This document shows positions 26,900-35,989 of a stretch of 47,038 nucleotides of DNA, piece by piece. A program made the translations under genes and the position numbers. Position 1 is the stretch's first letter, and each line of letters starts with the position of its first letter. The DNA comes from Blastocatellia bacterium (GTDB lineage: Bacteria; Acidobacteriota; Blastocatellia; UBA7656), in NCBI GenBank assembly GCA_044868105.1, contig JBIOWC010000561.1, forward strand, positions 1 to 47,038, read 5' to 3'. The notes below the pieces were generated by a model that saw only the letters and a program-made list of their open reading frames with translations, was not told the origin of the DNA and ran no database searches.

Positions 26900-27259
26900 G
26901 GTAGTGAGTTCGTTTGCCCCTCAGAGGGGTGACGCCGAAATTTGGCGCGATTATTTCTTCTGGTGCTAACCTTGCGCGCCGCGTGAGCGCGTGAGAGCAT
27001 AGCCCCATGAAAAGCCCAGAGCCGACCTTGGTAGATTCCGAGCTTGCGAGGCGCGCCGCGAAACTGTGGCCCAACAGGGCACACGAGTCCAACAGCGTGC
27101 TCGGCCTACTTTGCCGGCTTGGTCTGCACCGCTGGCGAAGGTTGAACCTTACAACGCTGATGCCGGATAAGGATATTCTCCATTGTTTCTGGTGTTCAAA
27201 GGTCAAGATTGATGGAGTCGTTTACGACACGTAATCTTCAAGCCGGCCGTCCCACTACC
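26900..27259. mobile_element. Second element with related ends, stacked in tandem and carrying a passenger ORF
   Basis: Starts GGTAGTGAG directly after the 8-bp duplication and ends CCCACTACC, followed by a degenerate target copy CATTTCTG. Confidence 0.65.
27007..27234 (+). CDS. Small Cys/His putative zinc-binding protein (LCRLGLHRW...HCFWC; DUF1660-like pattern)
   Basis: 75 aa with a C-x4-H-x18-C-x2-C arrangement; lies entirely within element 26900-27259; no clear SD. Confidence 0.6.
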   Translation: MKSPEPTLVDSELARRAAKLWPNRAHESNSVLGLLCRLGLHRWRRLNLTTLMPDKDILHCFWCSKVKIDGVVYDT

Positions 27260-27467
27260 CATTTCTGAGTTCAACATAGTTGTAAAGCAGAGCATTTCAA
27301 AGCATAATAGAAGGGCGATACGCCGAGAGGGTTCAAAAAAAGACTCAGCCTACTGGGAAAGGTGATTCAGCCCTGCTTCTATCGCTAACTCAAAAAACAC
27401 TCAATAATAATTGCGGGGGAAACTTGAATTATCCGCTTTAACTTTTTGCGGGAGGGAAAATAAAAAA

Positions 27468-27764
27468 ATGGAAAAGAATCCACAAACACAAAATACCATC
27501 CAAGACAATTTCCTAAACCATATTCGAAAAGACCGAATTCCGGTCACCATTTACCTGATGAGTGGGGTCAAGTTATCAGGTAAAGTCCGAAGCTTTGACA
27601 AGTATTCGTTAATTTTAGAAGCCGGAGCACAAGAGCAGCTGATCTTCAAACACGCCATTTCAACTGTCTGCATCACACGCATGGGCGGCGGCGGACGAGA
27701 TTCCTATTACAGCCGTGATCGCGACCATTCCGACAGTTCGGAACATTCATCGGCGGCGGAGTAA
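27468..27764 (+). CDS. hfq: RNA chaperone Hfq
   Basis: IQDNFLN..RK...[20 protein letters not shown]...[11 protein letters not shown]. Confidence 0.97.
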   Translation: MEKNPQTQNTIQDNFLNHIRKDRIPVTIYLMSGVKLSGKVRSFDKYSLILEAGAQEQLIFKHAISTVCITRMGGGGRDSYYSRDRDHSDSSEHSSAAE

Positions 27765-27804
27765 TCTTTCCAAGTCGTTAGCCACCGGTTGATGTCCTCG
27801 GCTA

Positions 27805-28470
27805 ATGACCCAAGAGTTAATGACCAGAGGATTTTTCATTACACTGGAAGGCATAGACGGCTGCGGCAAAAGTACGCAACTGGAGATGCTTGCAGAAGCT
27901 TTGCGCGCGCGCGGTTTGGCGGTTGTCACGACGCATCAACCGGGCGGCACAGCAATTGGTCAGAATATCCGCGCGTTGATGATTCAAGAGCATAATCGGC
28001 TGGCGCCGCTTGCCGAACTGCTGTTGCTGATGGCCGACCGCGCGCAACACGTCGCCCAATTTATCAAACCCAACCTTGAAGCCGGCCGGCTGGTCATTTC
28101 AGACCGTTACACGGATTCGAGCGCCGCTTTTCAAGGCTACGGGCGCGGCGTGGATTTATCCATCGTGGATGAATTAAACCGGCTGGCAACCGAAGGTCTT
28201 GCGCCCGATTTAACCCTGCTTTTTGATTTGGATTTAGAGATTGCCCGCAGGCGATTGGATAAAAGAGGGGCCGGCGAAACCTCGAGTCAGCCGGCCATGA
28301 AGGGTTTCGACGATGAAGAGCAGGATTTTCATCGTCGCGTCCGAGACGGCTATTTGCAACTCGCCAGCCAGCACGCCTCGCGTTTCCGCATCATTGCAGC
28401 GGGCGGCAGCGTCGAAGCGACGCATCGCGAAGTCCTCAATCTTGTTCTATCCTGCCTTGAAAAGACTTAA
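27805..28470 (+). CDS. tmk: Thymidylate kinase
   Basis: FITLEGIDGCGKSTQ, ADRAQH, SDRYTDSS.AFQG and PDLTLLFD motifs. Confidence 0.96.
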   Translation: MTQELMTRGFFITLEGIDGCGKSTQLEMLAEALRARGLAVVTTHQPGGTAIGQNIRALMIQEHNRLAPLAELLLLMADRAQHVAQFIKPNLEAGRLVISDRYTDSSAAFQGYGRGVDLSIVDELNRLATEGLAPDLTLLFDLDLEIARRRLDKRGAGETSSQPAMKGFDDEEQDFHRRVRDGYLQLASQHASRFRIIAAGGSVEATHREVLNLVLSCLEKT

Positions 28471-28496
28471 AAGATTTTTCCGTATCTCTTTATCAG

Positions 28497-28600
28497 CTTT
28501 GCGAGCTTGGCGGTTCTTGGCGTCTTGGCGAGAAACCGATCTGGTATCTACGAAAGATTCGTTTCACGCAAAGGCGCAAAGTTTCGCAAAGATCGCCAAG
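28497..28600. repeat. Imperfect inverted element of tandem CTT(T/G)GCG / CGC(A/C)AAG units
   Basis: Four CTT(T/G)GCG units on the left and four CGC(A/C)AAG units on the right, between convergent tmk and NtrX-like genes. Confidence 0.75.
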
Positions 28601-28625
28601 GCGTCTCGCCATTTAATGTTTGAAC

Positions 28626-29993
28626 TCAGCTTTGATTGCCCGATGCTTTGCCGTTAATGCCGAGCGCTTTCATGCGGCGATAAAGGTGTGAACGATCATA
28701 GCCCATGGCTTCGGCGGTGCGGGTGATATTGCTGTCGTTTTCGGCGAGTTTTCGCAAGATATATTTGCGCTCAAAGGCATCGCGCCCTTCTTTGAAGGAA
28801 TTGAAATCAAAGCGCGTCGGCAGCGCGTCGTCGCTGGAATCGAGCGCCGGCAAATCGCTGGCGTTGATTTCCGGCTTTGAGGTCATAATCACCACACGCT
28901 CGATAATATTTCTCAATTCGCGCACATTGCCGAGCCAGGGGTGCGAGGCCAGCGTATCGAGCGCATCTTGCGCAAAGACTTTCGGCGGGCGGTTGTAGTT
29001 TGCAGAAAATTTCTGATTGAAATGGGCGACCAGGAGCGGAATGTCTTCGATGCGTTCTCTGAGCGGCGGCACCTCAAAGGGAATAACATTCAGGCGGTAG
29101 AATAGATCGGGACGAAAGGTGCCGCGTTCAATCTCTTCGTTCAACTGTTTATTGGTGGCGGCAATGATTCGCACATCAACCTTGATCGGGGTGTTTGAAC
29201 CGACCGCTTCAAAGCGTTGTTGTTCGAGCACGCGCAGAACTTTGGCCTGTACTTTCAAGCTCATATCGCCGACTTCATCTAAAAAGAGCGTGCCGCCGTC
29301 GGCTTGTTCAAACTTCCCGCGCTTGGCCTGGGTCGCGCCTGTGAAGGCGCCTTTGGTGTGTCCGAAAAGTTCCGATTCAATCAACTCTTCAGGTATTGCC
29401 GCGCAGTTGAGTTCAACAAACGGTTGCGCTGCGCGATGCGATTCGCGGTGCAGCGCGTGGGCCACCAATTCTTTGCCGGTTCCCGATTCGCCGTAAATCA
29501 GTATGCGTCCATTGGTCGGCGCCGCCAGGGCGATTTGCTGACGCAAGGCGCGCATCGGCACGCTATCGCCCACCATCGCATATTCGTCACTCAGTTGTTT
29601 GCGCAATCTTTGATTATCGGCTTCCAGTTGTCGCTGTCTGACGGCATTGCTGACCGCTAAAACCGTGTGTTCGATCTTCAAAGGTTTTTCGATGAAATCT
29701 ATAGCGCCGAGCCGGGTGGCGCGAACCGCCGTTTCAATATTGCCGTGTCCGCTAATCATAATCACAGCGGTTTCCGGGTAGGCGGCTTTCAGGCGTATCA
29801 GTGTCTCCATTCCATCAATCCCCGGAAGCCAGATGTCCAATAGCACACAACTGAACACTCGACGTTCAAACGCCGCCAGGCAGGCTTCGCCCGAAGCGGC
29901 CGTTTCAACGGCAAAGCCTTCGTCTTCAAGCACCGCTGCAAGCGTGCTGCGAATTCCGGCTTCGTCATCAACGATTAGAACTGAATTGGGCAT
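28626..29993 (-). CDS. Sigma-54-dependent response regulator, NtrX/NtrC family
   Basis: REC (IVDDE, LDIWLP, ISGHG), AAA+ (GESGTGKE, ESELFGH, GAFTGA, DLFYRL, GNVREL) and Fis-type HTH. Confidence 0.93.
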   Translation of the reverse strand: MPNSVLIVDDEAGIRSTLAAVLEDEGFAVETAASGEACLAAFERRVFSCVLLDIWLPGIDGMETLIRLKAAYPETAVIMISGHGNIETAVRATRLGAIDFIEKPLKIEHTVLAVSNAVRQRQLEADNQRLRKQLSDEYAMVGDSVPMRALRQQIALAAPTNGRILIYGESGTGKELVAHALHRESHRAAQPFVELNCAAIPEELIESELFGHTKGAFTGATQAKRGKFEQADGGTLFLDEVGDMSLKVQAKVLRVLEQQRFEAVGSNTPIKVDVRIIAATNKQLNEEIERGTFRPDLFYRLNVIPFEVPPLRERIEDIPLLVAHFNQKFSANYNRPPKVFAQDALDTLASHPWLGNVRELRNIIERVVIMTSKPEINASDLPALDSSDDALPTRFDFNSFKEGRDAFERKYILRKLAENDSNITRTAEAMGYDRSHLYRRMKALGINGKASGNQS

Positions 29994-30001
29994 AAGTTAG
30001 A

Positions 30002-30075
30002 AACGATGAACGATGAAGTATGAACGATGAACAGAAGACTTTCAATTCATCGCTCATCGTTCATCCTTCATCGTT
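30002..30075. repeat. Heptamer (ACGATGA) tandem inverted repeat
   Basis: ACGATGAACGATGAA...TTCATCGCTCATCGTTCATC; overlaps the stop codon of the upstream minus-strand gene. Confidence 0.75.
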
Positions 30076-31383
30076 ACTTCTTTGGGGTGGTAAACCGAGA
30101 ATGATGTTTTCCATCGGGTCAAGTTGCAAGCGCAACATGCCGCCGGCATCAGAGAATGATTCGCGATTTTGTCTGCGACGGCGCAGGAAAACGAAGGTGC
30201 CGACCAGCAAGCCGCCGGTCATCATAATCAATCCCGCCAGCCCGACCAGACTGAAACTCGACAAAATGACCTGCGCGACTTTCTGTTCCTGAAAGGGATC
30301 GCGCGTCGGAATCGCCGGGTTTTGCAACCACTTCACCACATACGGATACTCGATGGAACTCACTAACTGTTCGGCATATTCGCGGTCTTCAAAATTGCTT
30401 GCGCCGACCAGGAAATTGCCGATGCGTTTGACGATGAGGCGGCTCTGTTCGGCTTCGGAAAGCGACGCCAGATAAGCTGTCGCCTGGCCTTCGGCTTCCG
30501 TAGCAAATTGCGGCGTGTGGTATTCAACAATCACCAGCTTGAACGGTTTGGATACCGTTAGCCTTGAGGCCGGCCGATGTTTTGTTGCGCCTTTGCCTGG
30601 TTCGCCTTCGGCCCGATTTGCAACAGCATCAGGTTTTTGATATTCAGCTATCGTCGCTTCGGCATCGCCATTGAAAGAAAAAATATCGCGCCCGCGCTCA
30701 AAATAGGCATTCAGGGATTCGGCTCCTAAAAAATAGCGCTCGCTGCGCTCCACATAATTTTTCGGTAAACTGTGCAGCAAGGTCGGCAACTCAATCGGCT
30801 TATCAGGCGACGAAATATTATTAGCAATCTCTGCGGCAATGGATTCTTGTATCCCCGCTGCTTTATCAACCTCATTCGCATTTCTCACGCGCACCAGATA
30901 GCGGTCTTTCCAGAAAATGAATTTCTCACGATTCCAAACGCTTGCCACTCCGACTTGGTGTTTTTGGTGGCTCGTTAAATTATTTCCCGCTTGGAAGGTA
31001 AAGTTATTTCCCGCTTGAAAGGTGAAGAGTCCAAAAGCCGCATCAGGCGTATCCATTTGAAAAATATCCGCCTGTATACTGCCAAGATAAAGACGCGAGG
31101 CCGCAGAGACAAGGCGATATTCTTGATAAATCCGTGTCTCATCGCCGGTCAGCTCATGCAAATTGTCCGCCTGATATTCTTTGGTTTCACTGGTCGCTTT
31201 TCCGCCTGCGAGCTTATCCGGCAGCAAATCCTTGAGCGGTTTCATGGAACTATTTTTCGACGGTTCAATAGTGATAATCTGCGGCGCAGACTTTTCGGGG
31301 TTCTCCTGCGCCATACCGATACAAGGCATGGTGAGCAATAGGCTAATTAGTAGAGTTATTAGAAATTCTATTCGGCGCTTCAT
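30061..31383 (-). CDS. Exported protein with C-terminal TM anchor (DUF6599-like, tentative)
   Basis: Signal peptide; IYQEY...ADIFQMDTPDAAFGLFT...FWKDRYLVRV; C-terminal TM followed by RRRR and FSDAGGMLRL. Confidence 0.7.
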   Translation of the reverse strand: MKRRIEFLITLLISLLLTMPCIGMAQENPEKSAPQIITIEPSKNSSMKPLKDLLPDKLAGGKATSETKEYQADNLHELTGDETRIYQEYRLVSAASRLYLGSIQADIFQMDTPDAAFGLFTFQAGNNFTFQAGNNLTSHQKHQVGVASVWNREKFIFWKDRYLVRVRNANEVDKAAGIQESIAAEIANNISSPDKPIELPTLLHSLPKNYVERSERYFLGAESLNAYFERGRDIFSFNGDAEATIAEYQKPDAVANRAEGEPGKGATKHRPASRLTVSKPFKLVIVEYHTPQFATEAEGQATAYLASLSEAEQSRLIVKRIGNFLVGASNFEDREYAEQLVSSIEYPYVVKWLQNPAIPTRDPFQEQKVAQVILSSFSLVGLAGLIMMTGGLLVGTFVFLRRRRQNRESFSDAGGMLRLQLDPMENIILGLPPQRSNDEG

Positions 31384-31538
31384 CCGATAAACCTCTTTAA
31401 TGGTTTTTGGTTTTCAGTTACCAGCCTTTAAAATCGGCTTTACTAAACGGTTATTCCTCATCTGTCGAGCGGCAATCGAAAAACTGAAAACTGTTCTTAT
31501 TAGACACCTAAAAAGCCCATTCGGTTCCAACCGGGCTG

Positions 31539-32186
31539 TCATTTCACGCGGCGCAGTTCCGTGAGTATCACATTCGCATACTGTTCGGGGTTATGAATTT
31601 CATTGAGAACAATCTTTCCGGTTTCCGACGCGCTGTCTATTTCGATATTGCCCAGTTTCATCAAGCGTTGCCACATGGAAGCGGTGACCGTGACATCCTG
31701 AATTTTCGTCAGCGGAATGTTACGCACCGTTTTGGCTAAGATACCATAACGCATTTCGAGTTTGTGATTAGTGAGCACATAGACTTCGCGCCGCCTGAGA
31801 AAATGTTTGTAAAGCGGAATCGCGTAAATGGCGAGCGCCAGTCCCAGGATAACGAAAAACGCTACCCAGTTATTAATCTCGTTGGGAAAGGCGCTTTTGA
31901 GCCAGCCCAGCAAGGCCGCAACGATAATGACCAACCCGGTCGCCAGGCCGTACCAGACCAGCACGAAAATCAGCGTTGGCCTGAGGGTAAAGATTTGGTG
32001 TTCGTCGGCTATCGGACCAAGGGGCGACGCCGAGGGGTTCAAATTGGCTACATAATTCGCCGTGCCTTGAACCGATTGCGGAGAAGCCGCTTGACCGGCC
32101 GAGACGGCTGCGCCGCAACTGTTACAGAAGCGGCTTCCGGGATTGAGTTTCGCGCCACACTGATTGCAGAACATAGATTTATTCAC
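31539..32186 (-). CDS. Zinc-ribbon + two TM + bacterial PH domain (YdbS-like) protein
   Basis: CNQCG...FCNSCG; YVLTN...GIL...IPL.KIQDV...WQRL..LGNIEI.SA. Confidence 0.88.
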   Translation of the reverse strand: MNKSMFCNQCGAKLNPGSRFCNSCGAAVSAGQAASPQSVQGTANYVANLNPSASPLGPIADEHQIFTLRPTLIFVLVWYGLATGLVIIVAALLGWLKSAFPNEINNWVAFFVILGLALAIYAIPLYKHFLRRREVYVLTNHKLEMRYGILAKTVRNIPLTKIQDVTVTASMWQRLMKLGNIEIDSASETGKIVLNEIHNPEQYANVILTELRRVK

Positions 32187-32375
32187 AGACCTTAAAGTGG
32201 AATTTTATTTTCACAGCCACCGAGGATTCTAGCACATGGCGATTTACGGCGGCGAAGCCGGAAAAGCTATCCGGTATTTTGATTATTTTTTCGCGCAAAC
32301 CCGGCGGGCATCTTATAATTGAATTGCAACTTCTCAAGATTTGAGCGTATGAGATTTCATCAAAGAGGTGATGAA

Positions 32376-33401
32376 ATGAGTGAAGAGAAGACCGAGTTTG
32401 AAGAACACCCCCTGGCGGACGATTTAGACGTCACCTGGCTTACCAAGATTGACCGCGAACGCGCCTCACGTTGGTTGAAGCTTGCCGGGCTGTTTGCCGC
32501 CGGCGCGGCTGGGTCGCTGACCCTGCTGGTTGGCGCTGCCAGCTTTCCGCTTTCGGGTCTGCTCATCCGCCCGAAGATGAAACGGGTCGCGCAACTCAAA
32601 AGCCATCGGTTGCAATCCTTCATAAAAAATGCGGGCGTTGAATACGAAGAGGTGGCGATTCCCTCTTTTGATGGAACGCGATTGCACGGGTGGTGGTTTG
32701 AAACCGCAAAGACCGCCGCAACGGTTATCGTCATTCACGGCGTAAGAAAAAATCGCACGGATGTTTTGCGCGCCGCTCTGGCTTTGCGTCACGCCGGTTT
32801 CAACGCCCTGGTCTTTGACGGGCGCGGTCACGGGCACAGCGAAGGCTACTATGTGACCTACGGGTTTAATGAACGCCGCGATGTTGAATCGGTGATTGAC
32901 TGGTTGGTGGCTCAAAAACAGATTGATAAAGATCGCATAGGCCTGGTCGGCGAATCCATGGGCGCGGCGATTGCCATTCAGGTTGCCGCCCATAATGAAT
33001 GGATTCGTTGCGTGTGGGCCGATAGCCCGTTTGCTTCCCTCAGGCGCATTTCACACGAGTTTATTCAAAGCGCCACGCGGTTACCGAACGTCGTGTTAAA
33101 TCCCTTGATGTGGACGGCAAGACATATGGCAAATTATCGCGGCAATTTTGAGATTCAGGCGATCGAGCCGGTGGCGCTCGCCGGGAAAATTAAATGTCCG
33201 GTCTATTTAATTCACGGCACCAGCGACCAGTTGATTGCCGTGACGCATTCCCGAGAAATTTACGATGCGCTCACCGCTCAGAAAGAGTTATGGGTGGTCG
33301 AAGGCGTGCGCCATGCAAAAGCGGCGCGCCACGCCAAGCGCGAATATCGTGAACGCTTGATTCGATTTTTTAACGACAACCTCGCAAAACCCGAAGCCTG
33401 A
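32376..33401 (+). CDS. Alpha/beta hydrolase with N-terminal membrane anchor
   Basis: DGTRLHGW, IHG, DGRGHG.S, GESMG nucleophile, IHGTSD and His near the C-terminus; SD GAGGTG. Confidence 0.9.
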   Translation: MSEEKTEFEEHPLADDLDVTWLTKIDRERASRWLKLAGLFAAGAAGSLTLLVGAASFPLSGLLIRPKMKRVAQLKSHRLQSFIKNAGVEYEEVAIPSFDGTRLHGWWFETAKTAATVIVIHGVRKNRTDVLRAALALRHAGFNALVFDGRGHGHSEGYYVTYGFNERRDVESVIDWLVAQKQIDKDRIGLVGESMGAAIAIQVAAHNEWIRCVWADSPFASLRRISHEFIQSATRLPNVVLNPLMWTARHMANYRGNFEIQAIEPVALAGKIKCPVYLIHGTSDQLIAVTHSREIYDALTAQKELWVVEGVRHAKAARHAKREYRERLIRFFNDNLAKPEA

Positions 33402-33448
33402 TGGCGGATATTTTGCGCCCCTGACATGCGGCCTTTTCAATTGAAGCG

Positions 33449-33478
33449 TTGACTTTTTTGCAAAGCTTTTGGTAATTT
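33449..33478 (+). promoter_or_regulatory. sigma70-type promoter of the tRNA
   Basis: TTGACT-N18-TAATTT with a TGn extended -10, 27 bp before the tRNA 5' end. Confidence 0.55.
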
Positions 33479-33505
33479 ATCGGTTCCTTCACGATGAAGG
33501 ATTTT

Positions 33506-33819
33506 TCCTGAGTAGCTCAATGGTAGAGCATCCGGCTGTAAATGGTTGCAGCTTCCACAGGTGACTGTGGTTGAAAAACTGGGTGAATTCAAGGAACCCT
33601 TCTCTAACGCAAGTTAGAATGGCAACCTTGAGCGAAGCCTGCTGAAGGGTGTTGAAGTAAGCAGGAACGTGCAGAGACTAGGAGTTGAGGAACCCATCCA
33701 ATAAAACTCCCGCGAGCGCCCGGCAACTTTGAAAAAGTTGATGAGATAGTCCGCACCTTTGCGAAAGCATAGGGTAAAGCGTAACCGGAGGGTTGTAGGT
33801 TCGAGCCCTACCTCAGGAG
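33506..33819 (+). tRNA. trnN: tRNA-Asn(GTT), intron-split: exon 1 33506-33539, exon 2 33782-33819
   Basis: The joined 72-nt sequence TCCTGAG TAGCTCAATGGTAGAGCA TCCGG CTGT|TAA CCGGA GGGTT GTAGG TTCGAGC CCTAC CTCAGGA G folds as a cloverleaf. U1-A72/C2-G71/C3-G70 and G73 fit Asn. CCA is not encoded. Confidence 0.93.
33540..33781 (+). ncRNA. Group I self-splicing intron (242 nt, no homing endonuclease ORF)
   Basis: Exon ends in U and intron ends in G. P1 GCUGU/GCAGC has a U-G pair at the splice site. P10 pairs GGUUG with exon 2 UAACC. Core P (GAATTCAAGGAA), Q (AACCTTGAGC), R (GCAGAGACTA) and S (GAGATAGTCC) elements are present. Confidence 0.92.
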
Positions 33820-33822
33820 TTC

Positions 33823-33864
33823 AAAACAGAAGCGGCAGTCAGAAATGGCTGCCGCTTCTGTTTT
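33823..33864 (+). terminator. Intrinsic terminator after the tRNA
   Basis: AAAACAGAAGCGGCAGTCA-GAAA-TGGCTGCCGCTTCTGTTTT. Confidence 0.85.
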
Positions 33865-33917
33865 CCGGCAAACTTGATTTGCCTACTTCTCTGTCCTTCA
33901 TGCATCATAAGCCGCAT

Positions 33918-34358
33918 ATGAAAAGTGACTTCAAATTCCATCACCCCTACCGGGTAATTTTTGCTGATACCGATTTGCAGGGCATCGTTTTTAATGGCAA
34001 CTACATGACCTATTACGACATTGCCTGGACGGAATATTTCCGCGCTCTGGGACTCAATTATCAAAATCTTTTGGCCAAGACCGGCGTGGATACGGTGCTG
34101 GCAAAAACCACAATTGAATTCAAAGCCCCGGCACGCTTTGACGAGATGCTGGAAATCTACACCCGCATCTCGAAAATCGGCACCAAGAGTCTGACCTTCG
34201 ATTTTGAAATTTACCGCGACGGCGAAGACCAACTCATCAACCTGGCGACCTCCGTTTATGTTTGCGTAGACCCCAAGACGCTCGCCTCAGTCGCGGTTCC
34301 CGATGTCTTGCGTCAACTGATTAGCGACTATGAAGGCCGAGCGTTCAATAACCGCTAA
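33918..34358 (+). CDS. Acyl-CoA thioesterase (YbgC/4HBT hot-dog family)
   Basis: RVIFADTDLQGIVFNGNY and FKAPARFD motifs. The ORF-track extension to 33759 overlaps the tRNA and is spurious. Confidence 0.9.
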   Translation: MKSDFKFHHPYRVIFADTDLQGIVFNGNYMTYYDIAWTEYFRALGLNYQNLLAKTGVDTVLAKTTIEFKAPARFDEMLEIYTRISKIGTKSLTFDFEIYRDGEDQLINLATSVYVCVDPKTLASVAVPDVLRQLISDYEGRAFNNR

Positions 34359-35989
34359 TTTTTCGGGCGCATCTTTTCAATTCGCGCCGCCATTTCATCA
34401 ATCAGTTGGCGTTCCGTCAGTCCAAGCCAGCAATGCCCCTTCCCTGCCCCGTAAAAGATTCGCGCTTCAACTGACGGGCTGGCTTTGGCCAAAAAGTCAT
34501 CGAGCATATGCACCGCATTGTTCAAAAAATAGTTATCCGCTTCGCCAACCCAGATGTTAATTTTCCCTTTCAGTTTTGGCGCCAGCGTCGCCCAGTTTTT
34601 CTCAAGCGTCATTCGCAAATCGTATTTCTTCCAATGTTCAATCACACTGGCATCAAGTTCGCCGGTCTTTGCGTTCCATAACGGACGCGGGCGACCATCG
34701 GCGCTGCGCGGTCCATAGGTCGCATTCCAGGCGCCCCACTGCTCGCCCGACATGGTCCAACTGTCGCCCGCCCCCATCACATTTTCCATCTGGCATTCGT
34801 GACGAATCGTATAGCGGGTTTCGCCGTTGACGTCGCGGTTGCTGGGTCGCTCAAAGCCATATTGATTGAGATAAGCGTTTTTATCGCGATAGATGTTAAT
34901 CAGTTGAAAGCCGCGAAAATCTACGCCATCCGGGCAATACGACCAGGTGCCATTGAAAAAATCGGGATAAAAAACCTGCAGAGCCAAAGACACCCAACCG
35001 CCTGTCGAGCCGCCGTCAACGACGCGCGCAAAGGGTTCACCGAGGCCGCGAAATTTTTGTTCGATGTAGGGAATCAGTTCCTGCGTGACGGCATCCCCGT
35101 ACGGACCGTTGTTTGCGGAATTGACTTGGTAGCAGTCTCCGTAAGGTCCGTCGCCGTCCAGTTGAAGCAGAATCATCTTGGGTGTTGCGTCATCATTCCA
35201 AGCCTGATAAAACCCTGAGCCCTGCGACATCAGGCGTTGAACCGTCGTAAAACGCGACCCGTAACCGCCAACGTGAACCCGCAAGGGATATTTGCGCGAT
35301 GGGTCTTTGTCAAAATCCTTGGGCAAGATGACCCCGGCGCGCAGGTAAATCGGTCGCCCGTGAAACTTACTCAGCAACTCGGATTTCACTTTTACAAATT
35401 TGACCGATTCCGTATCGGTCGGCAGTTGTTCATCGGGAATTTTCTTGGTTAGTTCTACTTTGATTACGTCGCCTTTGGTCGGGTCAAGCGTGGCGCGTTG
35501 CACGGCGCTGTAAAGATTATTCGGCGCGTTCAGGGATTTTAAATCCGGGTTGTAATCAAAGAGCGCTTGAATGAAATAGTCTCCGGCGGGAAGTTGGGAT
35601 AGGTTTTCAATCGGGAAAGCCACACAGGAATTATCAATGACCCCGGTTTTACCGGTTGAAAACTCATTCACATCGCGCGCAAAAACCGGCGCGGCATCCA
35701 TCCCGGTTCGCCCAATCAGCATTCGCGGTTCGGGTTGAGGCCCTTTACCGAGCACGATAAATAGTCTGCCGTTTTGAGGTTTTTCCAAAAGCCCTGCGGC
35801 CAGGGTGATTTCAAATCTGAGGGAGTTGGCGTTGGCATCTTCGGTGACCGCCGCATCTGCAAACGTGGGGGGTTCCGGCTCGGCTACCCGATGGACTTTT
35901 GCCTGTATCGGTTTATCGAATCTGGTAAACGAGAGCAGGAAAAAACCTGTCAACAGCCCTAGGCCTATTACGAACAGAAATTTACGCAT
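34355..35989 (-). CDS. Secreted esterase-family alpha/beta hydrolase (enterochelin esterase-like)
   Basis: Signal/anchor; S.LLS.FHGRP, VNSANNGPYGDA..ELIPYIE, GGSTGGW nucleophile, GEADNY and GHCW. Confidence 0.85.
   Translation of the reverse strand: MRKFLFVIGLGLLTGFFLLSFTRFDKPIQAKVHRVAEPEPPTFADAAVTEDANANSLRFEITLAAGLLEKPQNGRLFIVLGKGPQPEPRMLIGRTGMDAAPVFARDVNEFSTGKTGVIDNSCVAFPIENLSQLPAGDYFIQALFDYNPDLKSLNAPNNLYSAVQRATLDPTKGDVIKVELTKKIPDEQLPTDTESVKFVKVKSELLSKFHGRPIYLRAGVILPKDFDKDPSRKYPLRVHVGGYGSRFTTVQRLMSQGSGFYQAWNDDATPKMILLQLDGDGPYGDCYQVNSANNGPYGDAVTQELIPYIEQKFRGLGEPFARVVDGGSTGGWVSLALQVFYPDFFNGTWSYCPDGVDFRGFQLINIYRDKNAYLNQYGFERPSNRDVNGETRYTIRHECQMENVMGAGDSWTMSGEQWGAWNATYGPRSADGRPRPLWNAKTGELDASVIEHWKKYDLRMTLEKNWATLAPKLKGKINIWVGEADNYFLNNAVHMLDDFLAKASPSVEARIFYGAGKGHCWLGLTERQLIDEMAARIEKMRPKN

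Noticed and set aside
26860-27206. Minus-strand ORFs of 74 and 110 aa, and ORF 39913..40359
   Set aside because: They cross MITE boundaries or shadow the plus-strand Cys/His ORF and show no recognisable protein features.
28313-28657. ORF 28313..28657 and ORF 30020..30292
   Set aside because: These are translations of intergenic palindromic repeats plus overlap with real genes.
33531-33790. Alternative tRNA identities: Tyr (unspliced CT-GTA-AA) or Thr(CGT) by splicing after U33 and at G33779
   Set aside because: The unspliced form has no 3' anticodon stem. P1 places the U-G pair at 33539, P10 matches exon 2 starting at 33782, and the TCC/GGA acceptor stem with G73 fits Asn, not Thr or Tyr.
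33759-33917. N-terminal extension of the thioesterase ORF
   Set aside because: It overlaps the intron, tRNA exon 2 and the terminator; homology starts near ATG 33918.
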